DNA of 64,000 bases from Acidobacteriota bacterium (GCA_019244185.1 JAFATB010000025.1:160001-224000), one strand, 5' to 3'. Positions 1 to 10,583 are shown, counted from the stretch's first letter. Numbers and translations are program-made. The notes: generated by a model from the sequence alone, not told the origin.

Positions 1-205
1 GCTCGTCCGTCATGTCCTGCCGCGCGATGCCGACGATGGTCTGTCCCTGCGGCAGCAGGCCGTCGTGCGCGAGCATGTACAGACCGGGGATCAGCTTGCG
101 CTGCGTCAGGTCGCCCGAGGCGCCGAAGATCACGAGGCACGACGGATCGGGCACGCGCTCCTGTTCGAGCCCCTGCCGCAGAGGATTGGCGTCGACGGTG
201 GTCAT
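1..205 (-). CDS. zwf: glucose-6-phosphate 1-dehydrogenase, N-terminal part (runs off window)
   Basis: Not in the ORF track. Manual translation gives [43 protein letters not shown], the G6PDH GxxGDLxxRKLxPxLY motif. Confidence 0.92.
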   Translation of the reverse strand, partial: MTTVDANPLRQGLEQERVPDPSCLVIFGASGDLTQRKLIPGLYMLAHDGLLPQGQTIVGIARQDMTDE

Positions 206-263
206 CGGACGCATTGTATGTCGCGCCTCTGCTGCTCTTCGCGTCTGCTATGCTCCGTTTCCC

Positions 264-1559
264 ATGACGTGGCAATACGTTCCGCGCGTCGCCGTCATCC
301 GCGGTCTGCGCACTCCCTTCGCGAAGTCCGGCACGCATTACGCCCACCTCTCCGCGCTCGACCTCGGCAAGCTCGTCGTCGCCGAGCTCGTGCAGCGCTC
401 CGGCATCGACCCGTCCGAAGTGCAGGAGCTCGTCTACGGAAACGTCATCCCGTCGGTGAAAGCGCCGAACATCGCCCGCGAGGTGATCCTCGGCACCGGA
501 CTGCCGCGCAAGATCCCCGGCTACACCGTCGGTAAGGCGTGCGCGTCGGCGAACCAGGCCATCACGTCGGCGTCCGATCTCATCGCGCGCGGCTACGCGG
601 ACACCGTGATCGCCGGCGGCGCGGAGTCGCTTTCCGACGTGCCGATTCTCTTCTCGAAGAATTTCGCTGACGCGCTTGTGAGCGCGAGCAAGCAGAAGAG
701 CATGAGCGGCAAGCTCGGCGCGTTCTCGAAAATCCGTCCGAAAGATCTCGCGCCCGACGCGCCGGCGATCGCGGAGTCGACTACCGGCCTCACCATGGGC
801 GAGTCGGCCGAGAAGATGGCCAAGGAAAACGGCATCACGCGCGAGGCGCAGGACAAGTTCGCCCTGCAGAGCCACCAGCGTGCCGCGGAAGCGACGGCCA
901 GCGGACGGTTCAAAGACGAAGTGATGACCGTCGTCGTGCCGCCGGGGTTCGACAACGTCGTCGAAACCGACAACCTCATTCGCGCCGACTCGACGCTGGA
1001 AGGTCTCGCGAAACTGCGGCCGGTCTTCGACCGCAAATACGGCACGATCACCGCCGGAAATGCCTCGCCGCTCACCGACGGCGCGTCCGCGGTGCTGCTG
1101 ATGTCCGAGGAGAAAGCGAAAGCGCTCGGCATCAAGCCGATCGGCTTCATCCGCAGCTACGCGTATGCCGCGACGGATCCGTTCGACCAACTGCTGCAAG
1201 GCCCCGTCTTCGCGCTGCCGACCGCGCTCGAGCGCGCGAAAGTGAAGCTCGAAGACATCGGCGTCATCGAAATGCACGAAGCCTTCGCCGCGCAGGTGCT
1301 CTCCAACATCCAATGGATCGGCTCCAGGAAAATCGCCCAGGAAAAACTCGGCCGCTCCGAAGCGATCGGCGAGATCGATCCCGAAACGATCAACCGCACC
1401 GGCGGCTCGATCGCATTAGGCCACCCCTTCGGCGCAACCGGCGCCCGCATTGTGACCACGGTCTGCAATGAACTGCAGCGCACAGGACAACAGTACGGAT
1501 TGGTGACCGTCTGCGCGGCAGGCGGCATTGGGGTGGCGATGGTGTTGGAGCGGGAGTAG
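264..1559 (+). CDS. fadI: acetyl-CoA C-acyltransferase (thiolase, FadI-like)
   Basis: Motifs RTPF, KACASAN (catalytic Cys), NASPLTDGASA, HEAFA, GGSIALGHPFGATG and CAAGG. Start trimmed to ATG 264. Confidence 0.88.
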   Translation: MTWQYVPRVAVIRGLRTPFAKSGTHYAHLSALDLGKLVVAELVQRSGIDPSEVQELVYGNVIPSVKAPNIAREVILGTGLPRKIPGYTVGKACASANQAITSASDLIARGYADTVIAGGAESLSDVPILFSKNFADALVSASKQKSMSGKLGAFSKIRPKDLAPDAPAIAESTTGLTMGESAEKMAKENGITREAQDKFALQSHQRAAEATASGRFKDEVMTVVVPPGFDNVVETDNLIRADSTLEGLAKLRPVFDRKYGTITAGNASPLTDGASAVLLMSEEKAKALGIKPIGFIRSYAYAATDPFDQLLQGPVFALPTALERAKVKLEDIGVIEMHEAFAAQVLSNIQWIGSRKIAQEKLGRSEAIGEIDPETINRTGGSIALGHPFGATGARIVTTVCNELQRTGQQYGLVTVCAAGGIGVAMVLERE

Positions 1560-1572
1560 GGAGCGCTCCGCA

Positions 1573-2409
1573 TCACGCCGTCATGGCCAGGTGCAGATAG
1601 AACTCCTCCACTCGCCTCTGCAGCGTGGCTTTGTCGACGCCGCCGAGTAATTCTCCCGGATCCCACAATCCCACTTCATTGAGGTGATCCGCCGGGATCG
1701 GGAAATCGAGTTGTTCGACCGGCTTCGCGGCGCCATCCGAAACGAGCGTCGGCACCCAACGCTGCGAGCTCACCGGCACGATGCCGTCGCTCGGCCCTTC
1801 ATCGCGATCGAGTTGGATCCATGTCGGCTGCAGGAGCGGGGTGGTGCGCCGCAAGTCTTCGGAGGCGGCGACGGCTCGATAGCGCACGCCGTTGGCGACC
1901 TCGCGGGCGCGGATCGTGTCATTGAACGCACGGCACGCGCCGGTGGTGAGGTCGCGGAACCCCTGCAGGTCGATGATCGGCCGCAGCGCGGCGATCAGCA
2001 AGCCGCCGCCAAGACCGAACGCCCGATCGCCTGACGTCGTACCGTGGTGCGGCGTGCCGACCGTGGTGAGACAGCTGATGCGCGCCGCGATCTCCGGATG
2101 GTCCGCGATGACCTTGCGCGCGTCGAGACCGCCCATGCTGTGGCCGATGATGTGAATTTTCTCGGACGCCGACGCGAGCGCCGCGATCACCGACTGCAGC
2201 CGCAATCGCAGATCCGCCGCGCGCTGTTCGAGCGAGCCGGCGAAATTCACGGCCGGCTCGTCGACGACGAAGCCGTGCGCGCGCAGAAAGTCGCCGATGC
2301 CGTTGAAGTAGCGCGGGCCGACCTCGAGATCGAAATCGCGCTTGAAGACGACGCTCAACTGATCGAACCGGAAGATCCCATGCGCGAGAACGACGCTCCT
2401 CGTCACCAT
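1573..2409 (-). CDS. triacylglycerol lipase-like alpha/beta hydrolase
   Basis: VVLAHG oxyanion motif, GHSMGG nucleophile elbow, TPHHG, DGIV and DHLNEVG. GGAGG precedes ATG 2409. Confidence 0.85.
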   Translation of the reverse strand: MVTRSVVLAHGIFRFDQLSVVFKRDFDLEVGPRYFNGIGDFLRAHGFVVDEPAVNFAGSLEQRAADLRLRLQSVIAALASASEKIHIIGHSMGGLDARKVIADHPEIAARISCLTTVGTPHHGTTSGDRAFGLGGGLLIAALRPIIDLQGFRDLTTGACRAFNDTIRAREVANGVRYRAVAASEDLRRTTPLLQPTWIQLDRDEGPSDGIVPVSSQRWVPTLVSDGAAKPVEQLDFPIPADHLNEVGLWDPGELLGGVDKATLQRRVEEFYLHLAMTA

Positions 2410-2464
2410 TGCAACCTCCATTGATTGGAGAGACGACGCGCGCGAATTCCTGAAATGCGCTACC

Positions 2465-5023
2465 TCAAATCGGCAGCCAATACGAAATCTTCACCAGAAA
2501 TACGTCCTGCGACGGGGCGGTGGGAATCGCGCGCAGGTCGCGGTGCAGGCGGAAGTCGCCGAAGGGCACGGTATCCGCGCGGTTTTCGTTCCACACCACA
2601 TAGAGCGCCGAGCCGGGGCGGAACTCCCATCTTGCGACGGCGCTGCCGCGGACGCTGCGGAAGTTGAAGTCGGGGTCGGGGGTGGTGGGCGTGTAGGGCG
2701 TGTAGTCGTCGCTGCGGGCGCGCACGAGCGCGTGGTAATCGTGGTAATCGCCGCTGGCGACGAAAGGCTGCATGTAGAGCTGGAAGGACAGGCGCGGACT
2801 GACCGTCCAGTCGACGCGCGTGCCGAGCTCGAAGGAACGCTGTTCGAGATTGGAGAAGACGTAGCGGCGATTGAAGGTCTCGACCGCGGTCGCGTCGGCG
2901 AACTGCGTCACGTATTGATGCTCGTCGTGCAGGCGCGTGATGTAGGGCGCGACGCTCAAGAGCAGGTTCGATGCAGGGCGATAGTTGAACGTGATGCCGC
3001 CGCCGTGGCTGTACGTGCCGTCGTCGAATTGTTCGAGGTGACTGTTGAAATTGAGATAGACGCGCTTGCGGTCGTCGGTATTGAGCGTGAGATCGGAGCT
3101 CCAGTACGACGGCGTGCGCACGAGCGGGCCGCCGCGCGTGGCCTGATCGGAGAACGCGCTCGGCGCCACGTACAGCGTCGCCTCGTAATTCCAGTAGGAC
3201 TGCAGCGTGGTCGTCGTGTCGAACGTGACGCCGCGGTCGAGCGGATCGCCGCCGAAATTGCGGTTGTCCCAGACACCGAACCAGAAGTCGTGCTCGCGCA
3301 GATGCTTCGTCGGCGTCTCGTTGACGTATTGCACGACCGCGTGCGACGAGATCATGTCCGTGCGCTGCATGAAGCCGACGTCGTTCGTTTCGAAGCCGGG
3401 CGAGAACGCCTGCACCTGCAGGTTCGGGCGCCAGCGGCCGGTCTGTTTCGACAGCATGCCGCGTCCCGACCAGCCGGTGAGCGACGTGCGCGTCGGATCG
3501 AACTCGACGTAATCGGCGTCGGGCCGCTGGTAATAGCGCGCCGGTGCGAGCTGCGTCGCCGCGATCGCTTCTTCGCTGCCGCCGACGCGTGTGCCGGCGC
3601 CCGACCATTCGAGCACCCACTGCTTCTGATGGAGCCACGTATAGCCATCGGTGCCGATCGTCAGCGCGCTCGAACGCAGATCGTTCGCGAGCTCGTTCGG
3701 CAACCGGCGCTCGACGTTCGTCACGACGAAGCCGACACGCGTGTCGCCCATCTCCTTCGTGCTGCGCGCGACGAAGTAGTTCGTCATCGGCTCGACCTGC
3801 TGGCGACCGGTAACGGTTCCATCCGCGAAGCGCGCGCGCTCGGCGTCGGTGAGCGCGTCGAGCACGCCGACGGACCAGCCGTTGCCGAGCTTGCCGGTGA
3901 CTTTCGCGGCGCCGAGGATCGTGGTCTCGCCGGGAGCGTCGACGAAGTCGGCGTCGATGAAGCCTTGAGGCTGGCGGCCGATGCGGCGCGAGTAGAACAC
4001 GCGCGGCGCGAAGAAGAACGAGAAGTGACTCCGCGCGGGAGAGTCGCCGAACGCGAAGATGTTCAGGCCTTCGGTGAAGAACGGCCGCTTCTCCGGATAG
4101 AACGTCTCGAACTGGCTGAGATTCACGACCGCGGGATCGACCTCGACCTGGCCGAAGTCGGGATTGATCGTGCCGGTGAGCGTCAGCGTCGAGCTGAGCG
4201 CGTATTTGAGATCGAGCCCCGCGTCCATGCGATGTTCGCGCGCATCGAGAAACGGATTCGCGCGATCGGCACGCGTACGGACGTCGGAACGCGCCACGCC
4301 GTACGGCACGAGCTCGAGCGGACGCTCACGGTGGATGCCCTCGATCCCGTCGAGATCGGCAAAGTGCGAGACGAAGCCGGTCTGTCCTTTCGGCGTGTTG
4401 ACGATGCGCACCCACTCGTTGTTGCGCGTGGTGCGGCGCGTGATGTTGATGCCCCACACGTGGCTCGCCTTCTCCGGAAAGCGCAGCTGCGAGAACGGCA
4501 CGCGCACTTCCGCGATCCAGCCGTCGGCGACGATCTTAGTCGCGGAATCCCACACCGCGTCCCAGCTCACGTCCTCGCCGATGTCGTTGTAGAGGATCGA
4601 GTCGAGCTGCACGTTCGCCGGCGTGATCGTGAACGCGGCGCCGGAGAGGCGGTCGTGCTGCGAATCGATGTTGATCGATAGAAAGTCGTACGTCCCGAAG
4701 TTGTCGCGGCGCACGAGTTGCGCGGTCGGTTTCCCGGGATCGGTCATCTTCGCGCCGACGTAGATGGCCTTGTCGTCGTAGACGATGCGGATGCTGGTCG
4801 GCATCGTCGGCGGCTTGCCGTCATCGGGATCGTGCTGCGTGAACGCCGTGAACTCCGGCGCCGACTGCCACGCCGCGTCGGAGAGATCGCCGTCGATGAC
4901 CGGCGGCGTCGCCACGCGCACCGCGTGCAGCGTCGGATGTTCCGGCCAGTTCGCCGCGTGGAGCAGCGGCGCGGACAGAAGCGCGAACGAGAGCGAGATC
5001 GCAAACGGCAGTCGGCGCAGCAT
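2465..5023 (-). CDS. CBM9-like + DUF5916 outer-membrane protein
   Basis: Signal peptide, PVIDGDLSDAAW (CBM9-like), NPDFGQVEVD and PEKRPFF (DUF5916-type), C-terminal FLVKISYW beta-signal-like end. Confidence 0.8.
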   Translation of the reverse strand: MLRRLPFAISLSFALLSAPLLHAANWPEHPTLHAVRVATPPVIDGDLSDAAWQSAPEFTAFTQHDPDDGKPPTMPTSIRIVYDDKAIYVGAKMTDPGKPTAQLVRRDNFGTYDFLSINIDSQHDRLSGAAFTITPANVQLDSILYNDIGEDVSWDAVWDSATKIVADGWIAEVRVPFSQLRFPEKASHVWGINITRRTTRNNEWVRIVNTPKGQTGFVSHFADLDGIEGIHRERPLELVPYGVARSDVRTRADRANPFLDAREHRMDAGLDLKYALSSTLTLTGTINPDFGQVEVDPAVVNLSQFETFYPEKRPFFTEGLNIFAFGDSPARSHFSFFFAPRVFYSRRIGRQPQGFIDADFVDAPGETTILGAAKVTGKLGNGWSVGVLDALTDAERARFADGTVTGRQQVEPMTNYFVARSTKEMGDTRVGFVVTNVERRLPNELANDLRSSALTIGTDGYTWLHQKQWVLEWSGAGTRVGGSEEAIAATQLAPARYYQRPDADYVEFDPTRTSLTGWSGRGMLSKQTGRWRPNLQVQAFSPGFETNDVGFMQRTDMISSHAVVQYVNETPTKHLREHDFWFGVWDNRNFGGDPLDRGVTFDTTTTLQSYWNYEATLYVAPSAFSDQATRGGPLVRTPSYWSSDLTLNTDDRKRVYLNFNSHLEQFDDGTYSHGGGITFNYRPASNLLLSVAPYITRLHDEHQYVTQFADATAVETFNRRYVFSNLEQRSFELGTRVDWTVSPRLSFQLYMQPFVASGDYHDYHALVRARSDDYTPYTPTTPDPDFNFRSVRGSAVARWEFRPGSALYVVWNENRADTVPFGDFRLHRDLRAIPTAPSQDVFLVKISYWLPI

Positions 5024-5096
5024 GGTCTTGTGCGCGCATTGTCGCAGAGCGCCGCGCGGCCAACGTTCCAATCCGGTGGCGGTACACTGGCGAGTT

Positions 5097-7139
5097 GTGA
5101 AAGTGATCCGCGCCGTTTGTCCGCACGACTGCCCCGACACCTGCGCGATGCTCGTGACGGTCGAGGACGGCCGCGCCATCCGCCTCGGCGGCGATCCCGA
5201 GCATCCCGTCACGCAGGGCTTTCTCTGCACGAAGGTCGCGAAGTACCTCGAGCGGACGTATCACGAAGGACGCCTGCTGTACCCGCAGATCCGCACCGGC
5301 GCGAAAGGCGAAGGAACGTTCCGGCGCGCGACGTGGGACGAGGCGCTCGAGCTCATCGCCACGCGGCTGCAGCGCGTCATCGACACCGACGGCGCGCAGG
5401 CGATCCTCCCCTACTCGTACGCGGGAACGATGGGACTCTTGCAGGGCGAGTCGATGGACCGCCGCTTCTTTCAGCGCATCGGCGCGTCGCTGCTCGACCG
5501 CACCATCTGCGCGAGCGCCGGCGCGGAAGCATTGAACGTGACGTACGGCACGCGCATGGGACCCGACCCGCAGGACATCGTCGACGCGAAGCTCATCATC
5601 CTGTGGGGCACCAACACGCTCACGGCGAACCCGCATCTCTGGCCGTTCGTGCGGCGTGCGAAAGCGAACGGCGCGACGACGATCTGCATCGATCCGCTGC
5701 GCACGCGCACGGCCGTCGCGTGCGACGAGCACATCGCGATTCGTCCCGGCACCGACGCGGCGCTGGCGCTCGCGATCGCGCACGTGCTCTTCCGCGACGG
5801 TCTCGACGATCGCGGCTACCTCGAATCGATGGCCGTCGGCTGGGAAGGTCTGCGCGAACGCGTGCTCGCCGAGTACTCGCCCGAGCGCGTCGCGCCGATC
5901 TGCCGCATCCCGGTCGAGACGATCGAGCACCTCGCGCGTCGCTACGGCACCACGCGCCCGACGTTCATCCGCGTCAACTACGGATTGCAGCGACACGCCG
6001 GCGGCGGCTCCGCGGTGCGCGCGATCTCGATCCTGCCCGCGATCACGGGCGCGTGGGACGACGCGGGCGGCGGCGTGCTGCTGTCGACGTCGGGCACCTT
6101 CTCCGCGATCGACTACGCGTATCTGCAGCGCCCCGACTTCACGCCCGCCGGCACGCGCACGATCAACATGTCGCGCCTCGGCGAAGCGCTGACGCGCATC
6201 GACGATCCGCCGGTGAAGGCGCTCGTCGTCTACAACTCGAATCCCGGCGCCGTCGCGCCCGATCGCGAGAACGTCCTCGCCGGACTGCGCCGCGACGATC
6301 TCTTCACGGTCGTCCTCGAACACTTCCAGACCGACACCGCCGACTACGCGGACGTGCTGCTGCCGGCCACGACGCAGCTCGAGCACGACGACCTGCACAA
6401 GGCCTATGGTCACACCTACGTGATGTTCAACCAGGCCGCGATCGCGCCGCTCGGCGAGGCGCTGCCGAACACCGAGATCTTCCGCCGCATCGCCGCGCGC
6501 ATGGGCTTGCGCGATCCGGAGCTGCAGGAGAGCGACGAGTCGATGATGCGCGGCGCGCTGCGGCACCTGCCGTTCACGCTCGACGAGTTGCGCGACAAAG
6601 CGTCGATCCGCCTCGACATCGGCTCGCCGCATCTGCCGTATCGGCGCGGCGCGCGGCTGTCGACGCCGAGCGGCAAGATCGAGATCGCCTCCGAGCGCGC
6701 CGTCGCGCACGGACTCGATCTGCTCCCCGAATATGTTCCGCCGTACGAATCCGAAGAGCGCGATCCCGAGCTCGTGCGGCGCTTTCCGCTCGCGTTGCTC
6801 TCGCCGCCCGCGCATTCGTTTCTCAACTCGACCTTCGTCAACGTAGCGTCGCTGCGGCGCGCCGCGGGCAAGCCGACGCTCGAGATTCACGCCGACGACG
6901 CGAGCGCGCGCGGCATCGCGAACGGCGTGCAGGTCTCGATCTTCAACGATCGTGGCGCGTTCGTGGCCGAGGCGGTCGTCACCGATCGCGTGCGCCCGGG
7001 CGTCGTCTCCGCGCCGTCGGTCTGGTGGCCGAAGCTCACCGGCGGCACGAACGCGAATCACACGACGTCGCAGGCGGTGACCGACATCGGCGGCGGCGCC
7101 ACGTTCTACGACAACCTCGTCGACGTGCGCGCGGTGTAG
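5097..7139 (+). CDS. molybdopterin-dependent oxidoreductase
   Basis: N-terminal CPHDCPDTC...LCTK Fe-S motif, IRPGTD, TDTADYADVLLPA and a C-terminal molybdopterin dinucleotide-binding domain. GTG start inferred. Confidence 0.88.
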   Translation: MKVIRAVCPHDCPDTCAMLVTVEDGRAIRLGGDPEHPVTQGFLCTKVAKYLERTYHEGRLLYPQIRTGAKGEGTFRRATWDEALELIATRLQRVIDTDGAQAILPYSYAGTMGLLQGESMDRRFFQRIGASLLDRTICASAGAEALNVTYGTRMGPDPQDIVDAKLIILWGTNTLTANPHLWPFVRRAKANGATTICIDPLRTRTAVACDEHIAIRPGTDAALALAIAHVLFRDGLDDRGYLESMAVGWEGLRERVLAEYSPERVAPICRIPVETIEHLARRYGTTRPTFIRVNYGLQRHAGGGSAVRAISILPAITGAWDDAGGGVLLSTSGTFSAIDYAYLQRPDFTPAGTRTINMSRLGEALTRIDDPPVKALVVYNSNPGAVAPDRENVLAGLRRDDLFTVVLEHFQTDTADYADVLLPATTQLEHDDLHKAYGHTYVMFNQAAIAPLGEALPNTEIFRRIAARMGLRDPELQESDESMMRGALRHLPFTLDELRDKASIRLDIGSPHLPYRRGARLSTPSGKIEIASERAVAHGLDLLPEYVPPYESEERDPELVRRFPLALLSPPAHSFLNSTFVNVASLRRAAGKPTLEIHADDASARGIANGVQVSIFNDRGAFVAEAVVTDRVRPGVVSAPSVWWPKLTGGTNANHTTSQAVTDIGGGATFYDNLVDVRAV

Positions 7140-7150
7140 CGTTTCCGCCG

Positions 7151-7804
7151 ATGCATCGCAATCTGCACCTCGCGTTCGCCGCGCTCCTCGTCTGGTCTCT
7201 CGCGCTCCTCGGCGTGCGGATGATCTACTCGCACTCGTTCTGGTTCCTCTTCCTCATCTGGAACCTCTTCCTCGCCGTGATCCCGTACGTCGCCGCCGTC
7301 GCCTTCGAGCGCACACGGCGCGTCGTGCTGCAGGCGTGCGCGTTCGTCGTCTGGATCCTCTTCCTGCCGAACGCGCCGTATCTCGTCACCGACTTCATTC
7401 ACCTTCGTCCGCACGCGGCGATTCCGCTCTGGTACGACGTGCTGCTGCTGATGTCGTGCGCCGGCACGGGACTGCTCCTCGGCTACGCGTCCGTGCTCCT
7501 CGTGCAGAACGTCATCGCGCGGAAGCACGGTGCGCGCGCCGGGTGGTGCGTGGCCGTCGTCGCGCTCGTGCTCTCCGCGTACGGCATCTATCTCGGCCGT
7601 TTCCTGCGCTTCAACAGCTGGGAAGCGCTGACCGATCCGCTGCCGCTCTTTGCCGACATCGCCCATCAGCTGACGAATCCGCTCAGCCATCCGAAGACGT
7701 TCGCGGTGACGCTGCTCTTCGGCGTCACGCTCACGCTGGGCTACTTCGCGCTGCACGCGTTCGCGCCGGGCGTTCCGCGGCAGCGTTTTTCCGACAGGCG
7801 GTGA
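7151..7804 (+). CDS. DUF1361-like membrane protein
   Basis: Hydrophobic protein with WNLFLA, FLPNAPYLVTDFIHL and GIYLGRFLRFNSW motifs. It is the C-terminal part of track ORF 4718..7804. Confidence 0.8.
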   Translation: MHRNLHLAFAALLVWSLALLGVRMIYSHSFWFLFLIWNLFLAVIPYVAAVAFERTRRVVLQACAFVVWILFLPNAPYLVTDFIHLRPHAAIPLWYDVLLLMSCAGTGLLLGYASVLLVQNVIARKHGARAGWCVAVVALVLSAYGIYLGRFLRFNSWEALTDPLPLFADIAHQLTNPLSHPKTFAVTLLFGVTLTLGYFALHAFAPGVPRQRFSDRR

Positions 7805-7822
7805 GCTACACTTCGCCCGCGC

Positions 7823-8614
7823 ATGCTCCCGTACGTGTTCTCGGTTTCGCTGGTGCTCATCGCCTGGCTCGCGGTCGTCACGCTGAACGAGACGCGCGGC
7901 CTGCTGCGCTGCGATCGCTTCCCGAACGACGTCGTGAAGTGGATCGCCTACGTCTGGCTCGGCGCGTTCATGCTGCTGCTGGCGACGCTCGTCACGGGCG
8001 CGGCGCGGCATCCGGCCACGACGAAGCAGCTCGCCTCGACGCCGTTCTACCAGGTCTTCGCGCTGCACGCGCTGCTCGTGATCTTTCTCCTCGGCTGGTG
8101 GCTGATGACGAACCGTCCGCCGCTGCGCGAGTTCCTGAACATCCGCCACGAACGCCCCGCGGAAGTGGTCGCCATCGGCGTGAGCGTCGGAGTCGGCGGC
8201 TGGATCGTGACGCTGATGCTGGCGCTGCTCATCGCGCTCATCCTGCGCTTCGCCGGCGCGCTCGACGAACAGGCACAGCCGCCGGCGATGATCGGCTTCA
8301 TGGCCGCGATGCCGCTGTGGAAGAAAGCGCTGATCGTGCTTTCGGCGATGACCATCGAAGAGGCATTCTTCCGCTCGTTCCTGCAGAAGCGCATCGGCCT
8401 CATCGCCTCGACGCTGCTCTTCGCGCTCGCGCACTTCACGTACGGCAATCCGCTGCTGCTGATCGGCGTCGCCATCATCTCGCTGATCATCGGCTTCACG
8501 TTCTATCGCACGAAGAACGTGCTGCCCGGCGTCATCGCGCACGGCGTCTTCGACGCGGTGCAGCTCTTCATCATCGTGCCGATCGCCTACCGGATGATCG
8601 GCGCCGGAGCGTGA
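7823..8614 (+). CDS. CPBP (CAAX/Abi) intramembrane metalloprotease
   Basis: EEAFFR, FALAH and HGVFD motifs within multiple TM helices. Confidence 0.85.
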   Translation: MLPYVFSVSLVLIAWLAVVTLNETRGLLRCDRFPNDVVKWIAYVWLGAFMLLLATLVTGAARHPATTKQLASTPFYQVFALHALLVIFLLGWWLMTNRPPLREFLNIRHERPAEVVAIGVSVGVGGWIVTLMLALLIALILRFAGALDEQAQPPAMIGFMAAMPLWKKALIVLSAMTIEEAFFRSFLQKRIGLIASTLLFALAHFTYGNPLLLIGVAIISLIIGFTFYRTKNVLPGVIAHGVFDAVQLFIIVPIAYRMIGAGA

Positions 8615-8621
8615 CGAGAGC

Positions 8622-9152
8622 GTGACCACATCCGCGTACGCCGAGGTCGTGCAGTTGCTCGAGGGCGACACGCCGATCGCGAGGGACGACGTGCGGCGGT
8701 GGATCGAGACCGGCGACCTGCTGACGTGGAGCGCGGTGTACGAGTTGACGCGCACGGAATGGTCGCGCATCACACCCGAGATTCCCACCGAGGAACAGAT
8801 CGGGTTCATGCGGCGGTATCTGTTGCGCTGCATCGAAGAGAATCCGACGCCCGGCCATTACCTGCACGGTGGCTTCCAGGCGGCGTGGGAGCTCGCCGCG
8901 TCGCTCAAGCATTGGCGGCGTCTCGAAGCGAAGCGCCAGGGGGCGCTCCTTCGCGGCGTCGCGGTCGACCTCGAGAAAGCGTACCGGCGCGCCGATGCGG
9001 CGACGCAGAACCGCATCCTGTGCGGCGTGCTCGAACACGCGTTCGAAGATCCCGCGCTGCGTCCGTACTTCAGCAGCTGGGAGCGCGATCCGGAACTCCG
9101 CGAGATCTACCGGCTCGCCCTCGAATGGGGCGCGGCGCACGAAGACCGCTGA
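8622..9152 (+). CDS. hypothetical protein
   Basis: Globular 176-aa ORF, co-oriented with upstream genes, host-like codon usage. Confidence 0.65.
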   Translation: MTTSAYAEVVQLLEGDTPIARDDVRRWIETGDLLTWSAVYELTRTEWSRITPEIPTEEQIGFMRRYLLRCIEENPTPGHYLHGGFQAAWELAASLKHWRRLEAKRQGALLRGVAVDLEKAYRRADAATQNRILCGVLEHAFEDPALRPYFSSWERDPELREIYRLALEWGAAHEDR

Positions 9153-9158
9153 GCGGGG

Positions 9159-10583
9159 TTACTGCTCGCTGACCACGACGCCGTCGCCTTCGAAGCGGAT
9201 CTTGAAGCCGGGCGGCGTACCTTCCGCGGCCTCGATCATCACGTTCTCGAGCGACTTGTCGTCGACGACCGTGGCGATGAGATTGCCGGTCCACGCCACG
9301 AGCGCGTTCGAGGAGATCGACAGCGGATACTCACGCGTCACGCGCAGCGTCAGCGGCTCGATCGACGTCGAGATCGCGAGCGAGCCCTTGCCGAAGATCT
9401 TCACCGTATCGATCTTGCGCTGATACGACGCATCGTAGATCGGCTCGACGCGATACGTGAGCGAGTCTTCGAGTGCGAGGAGATTGCTGCCCTCGATGTA
9501 GATGAACTCGTCGTTGAGATCGAGGAGGAACGTCTTGCGCCCTTTCTCGTAGACGAAGATCTTCCCCTGTCCGACGGCCTTCACGAGCGTCTGCGCGGTC
9601 GTACCGACGAGCGCGGATTCGGCCACGAACTTGAGGTTGCCGGAGTAGCTCGACACCGTGCCGCGCTTCACGTGCACGCTGCGCGCGAAGTTGATCTCGA
9701 GGAAGCCGTTCTCGTGCAGCGCGAAAGTCTTCGACGCGCCTTCGATCTTGCGCGCGACGTCGATGTGCTTCGCCTCGACGTGCTGCGGCTCGTCGACGGC
9801 GTCCTGCAGCTTGCGCGCGGCGGTGATCGCGGCGGGATCCTGTACGGCCGGAACGGGCTCGGTGATCGGATTGCTGCGCGGCTTCGGCGGCAGCGCGACC
9901 GTCTGCGTGACGACGGGCGTCTGCGGCAGCGTTGGCGTCGGCACCATGCCCGGTTGCGTGTGCGTCGGGATCGACGCCGTATCGTCGTTCGTCAGCGCGC
10001 GGACTTTTTGTGTCGTGCTTTGCGTCACGCTCGGCGCTTTCGGCGGAGCGGGTGGCGGAGCCGCAGGCGCGGCAGCCGGCGGCGGCGCGGCGGGTCGCGA
10101 CGTCGGGCGCATCTCCGCTTCGACTTCGCGCATCAGCTTGTCCGCGCCGGCGAACTTCAGGTGCTCGAGCGCGAGGCCGAACTTCTTCTTCTGGCGATAG
10201 AGCAGGCCGAGGTAGAGGTGCGACTTCGCGTAATTCGGACGCAGCTCGATCGCGCGGCTGAGGAACTGTTCGGCGTCGTCGAGCTTTCCCTGCTTGAAGA
10301 GGATCAGGCCGAGGTTCGAGTGCAGGATGAAGACATTCGGATTCTCGGTGATGAGCCTCCGGTAAATGACCTCGGCTTCCGGAAACGCGTTCGTCTTGAA
10401 GTAGACCAGGCCGAGAAGGTTGAGCACGTCGGCGTCGTCGGGGCGCAGGCGCTGCGCCGCTTCGAGCTCGCGGCGCGCTTCCGCGTAGCGTCCCTCCTGG
10501 AAAGCCTCGCGGCCACGGTTGTAATGCAGGAGGAAAACGCCCTGATCGAAAGGCGGCGCGACTGCCGGTTCACGCTCAGGCAT
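9159..10583 (-). CDS. TPR repeat + AIM24-like domain protein
   Basis: N-terminal TPR repeats (NLLGLVYFK, SNLGLILFK), Pro/Thr-rich linker, C-terminal AIM24-like beta domain ending FEGDGVVVSEQ. Confidence 0.75.
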   Translation of the reverse strand: MPEREPAVAPPFDQGVFLLHYNRGREAFQEGRYAEARRELEAAQRLRPDDADVLNLLGLVYFKTNAFPEAEVIYRRLITENPNVFILHSNLGLILFKQGKLDDAEQFLSRAIELRPNYAKSHLYLGLLYRQKKKFGLALEHLKFAGADKLMREVEAEMRPTSRPAAPPPAAAPAAPPPAPPKAPSVTQSTTQKVRALTNDDTASIPTHTQPGMVPTPTLPQTPVVTQTVALPPKPRSNPITEPVPAVQDPAAITAARKLQDAVDEPQHVEAKHIDVARKIEGASKTFALHENGFLEINFARSVHVKRGTVSSYSGNLKFVAESALVGTTAQTLVKAVGQGKIFVYEKGRKTFLLDLNDEFIYIEGSNLLALEDSLTYRVEPIYDASYQRKIDTVKIFGKGSLAISTSIEPLTLRVTREYPLSISSNALVAWTGNLIATVVDDKSLENVMIEAAEGTPPGFKIRFEGDGVVVSEQ

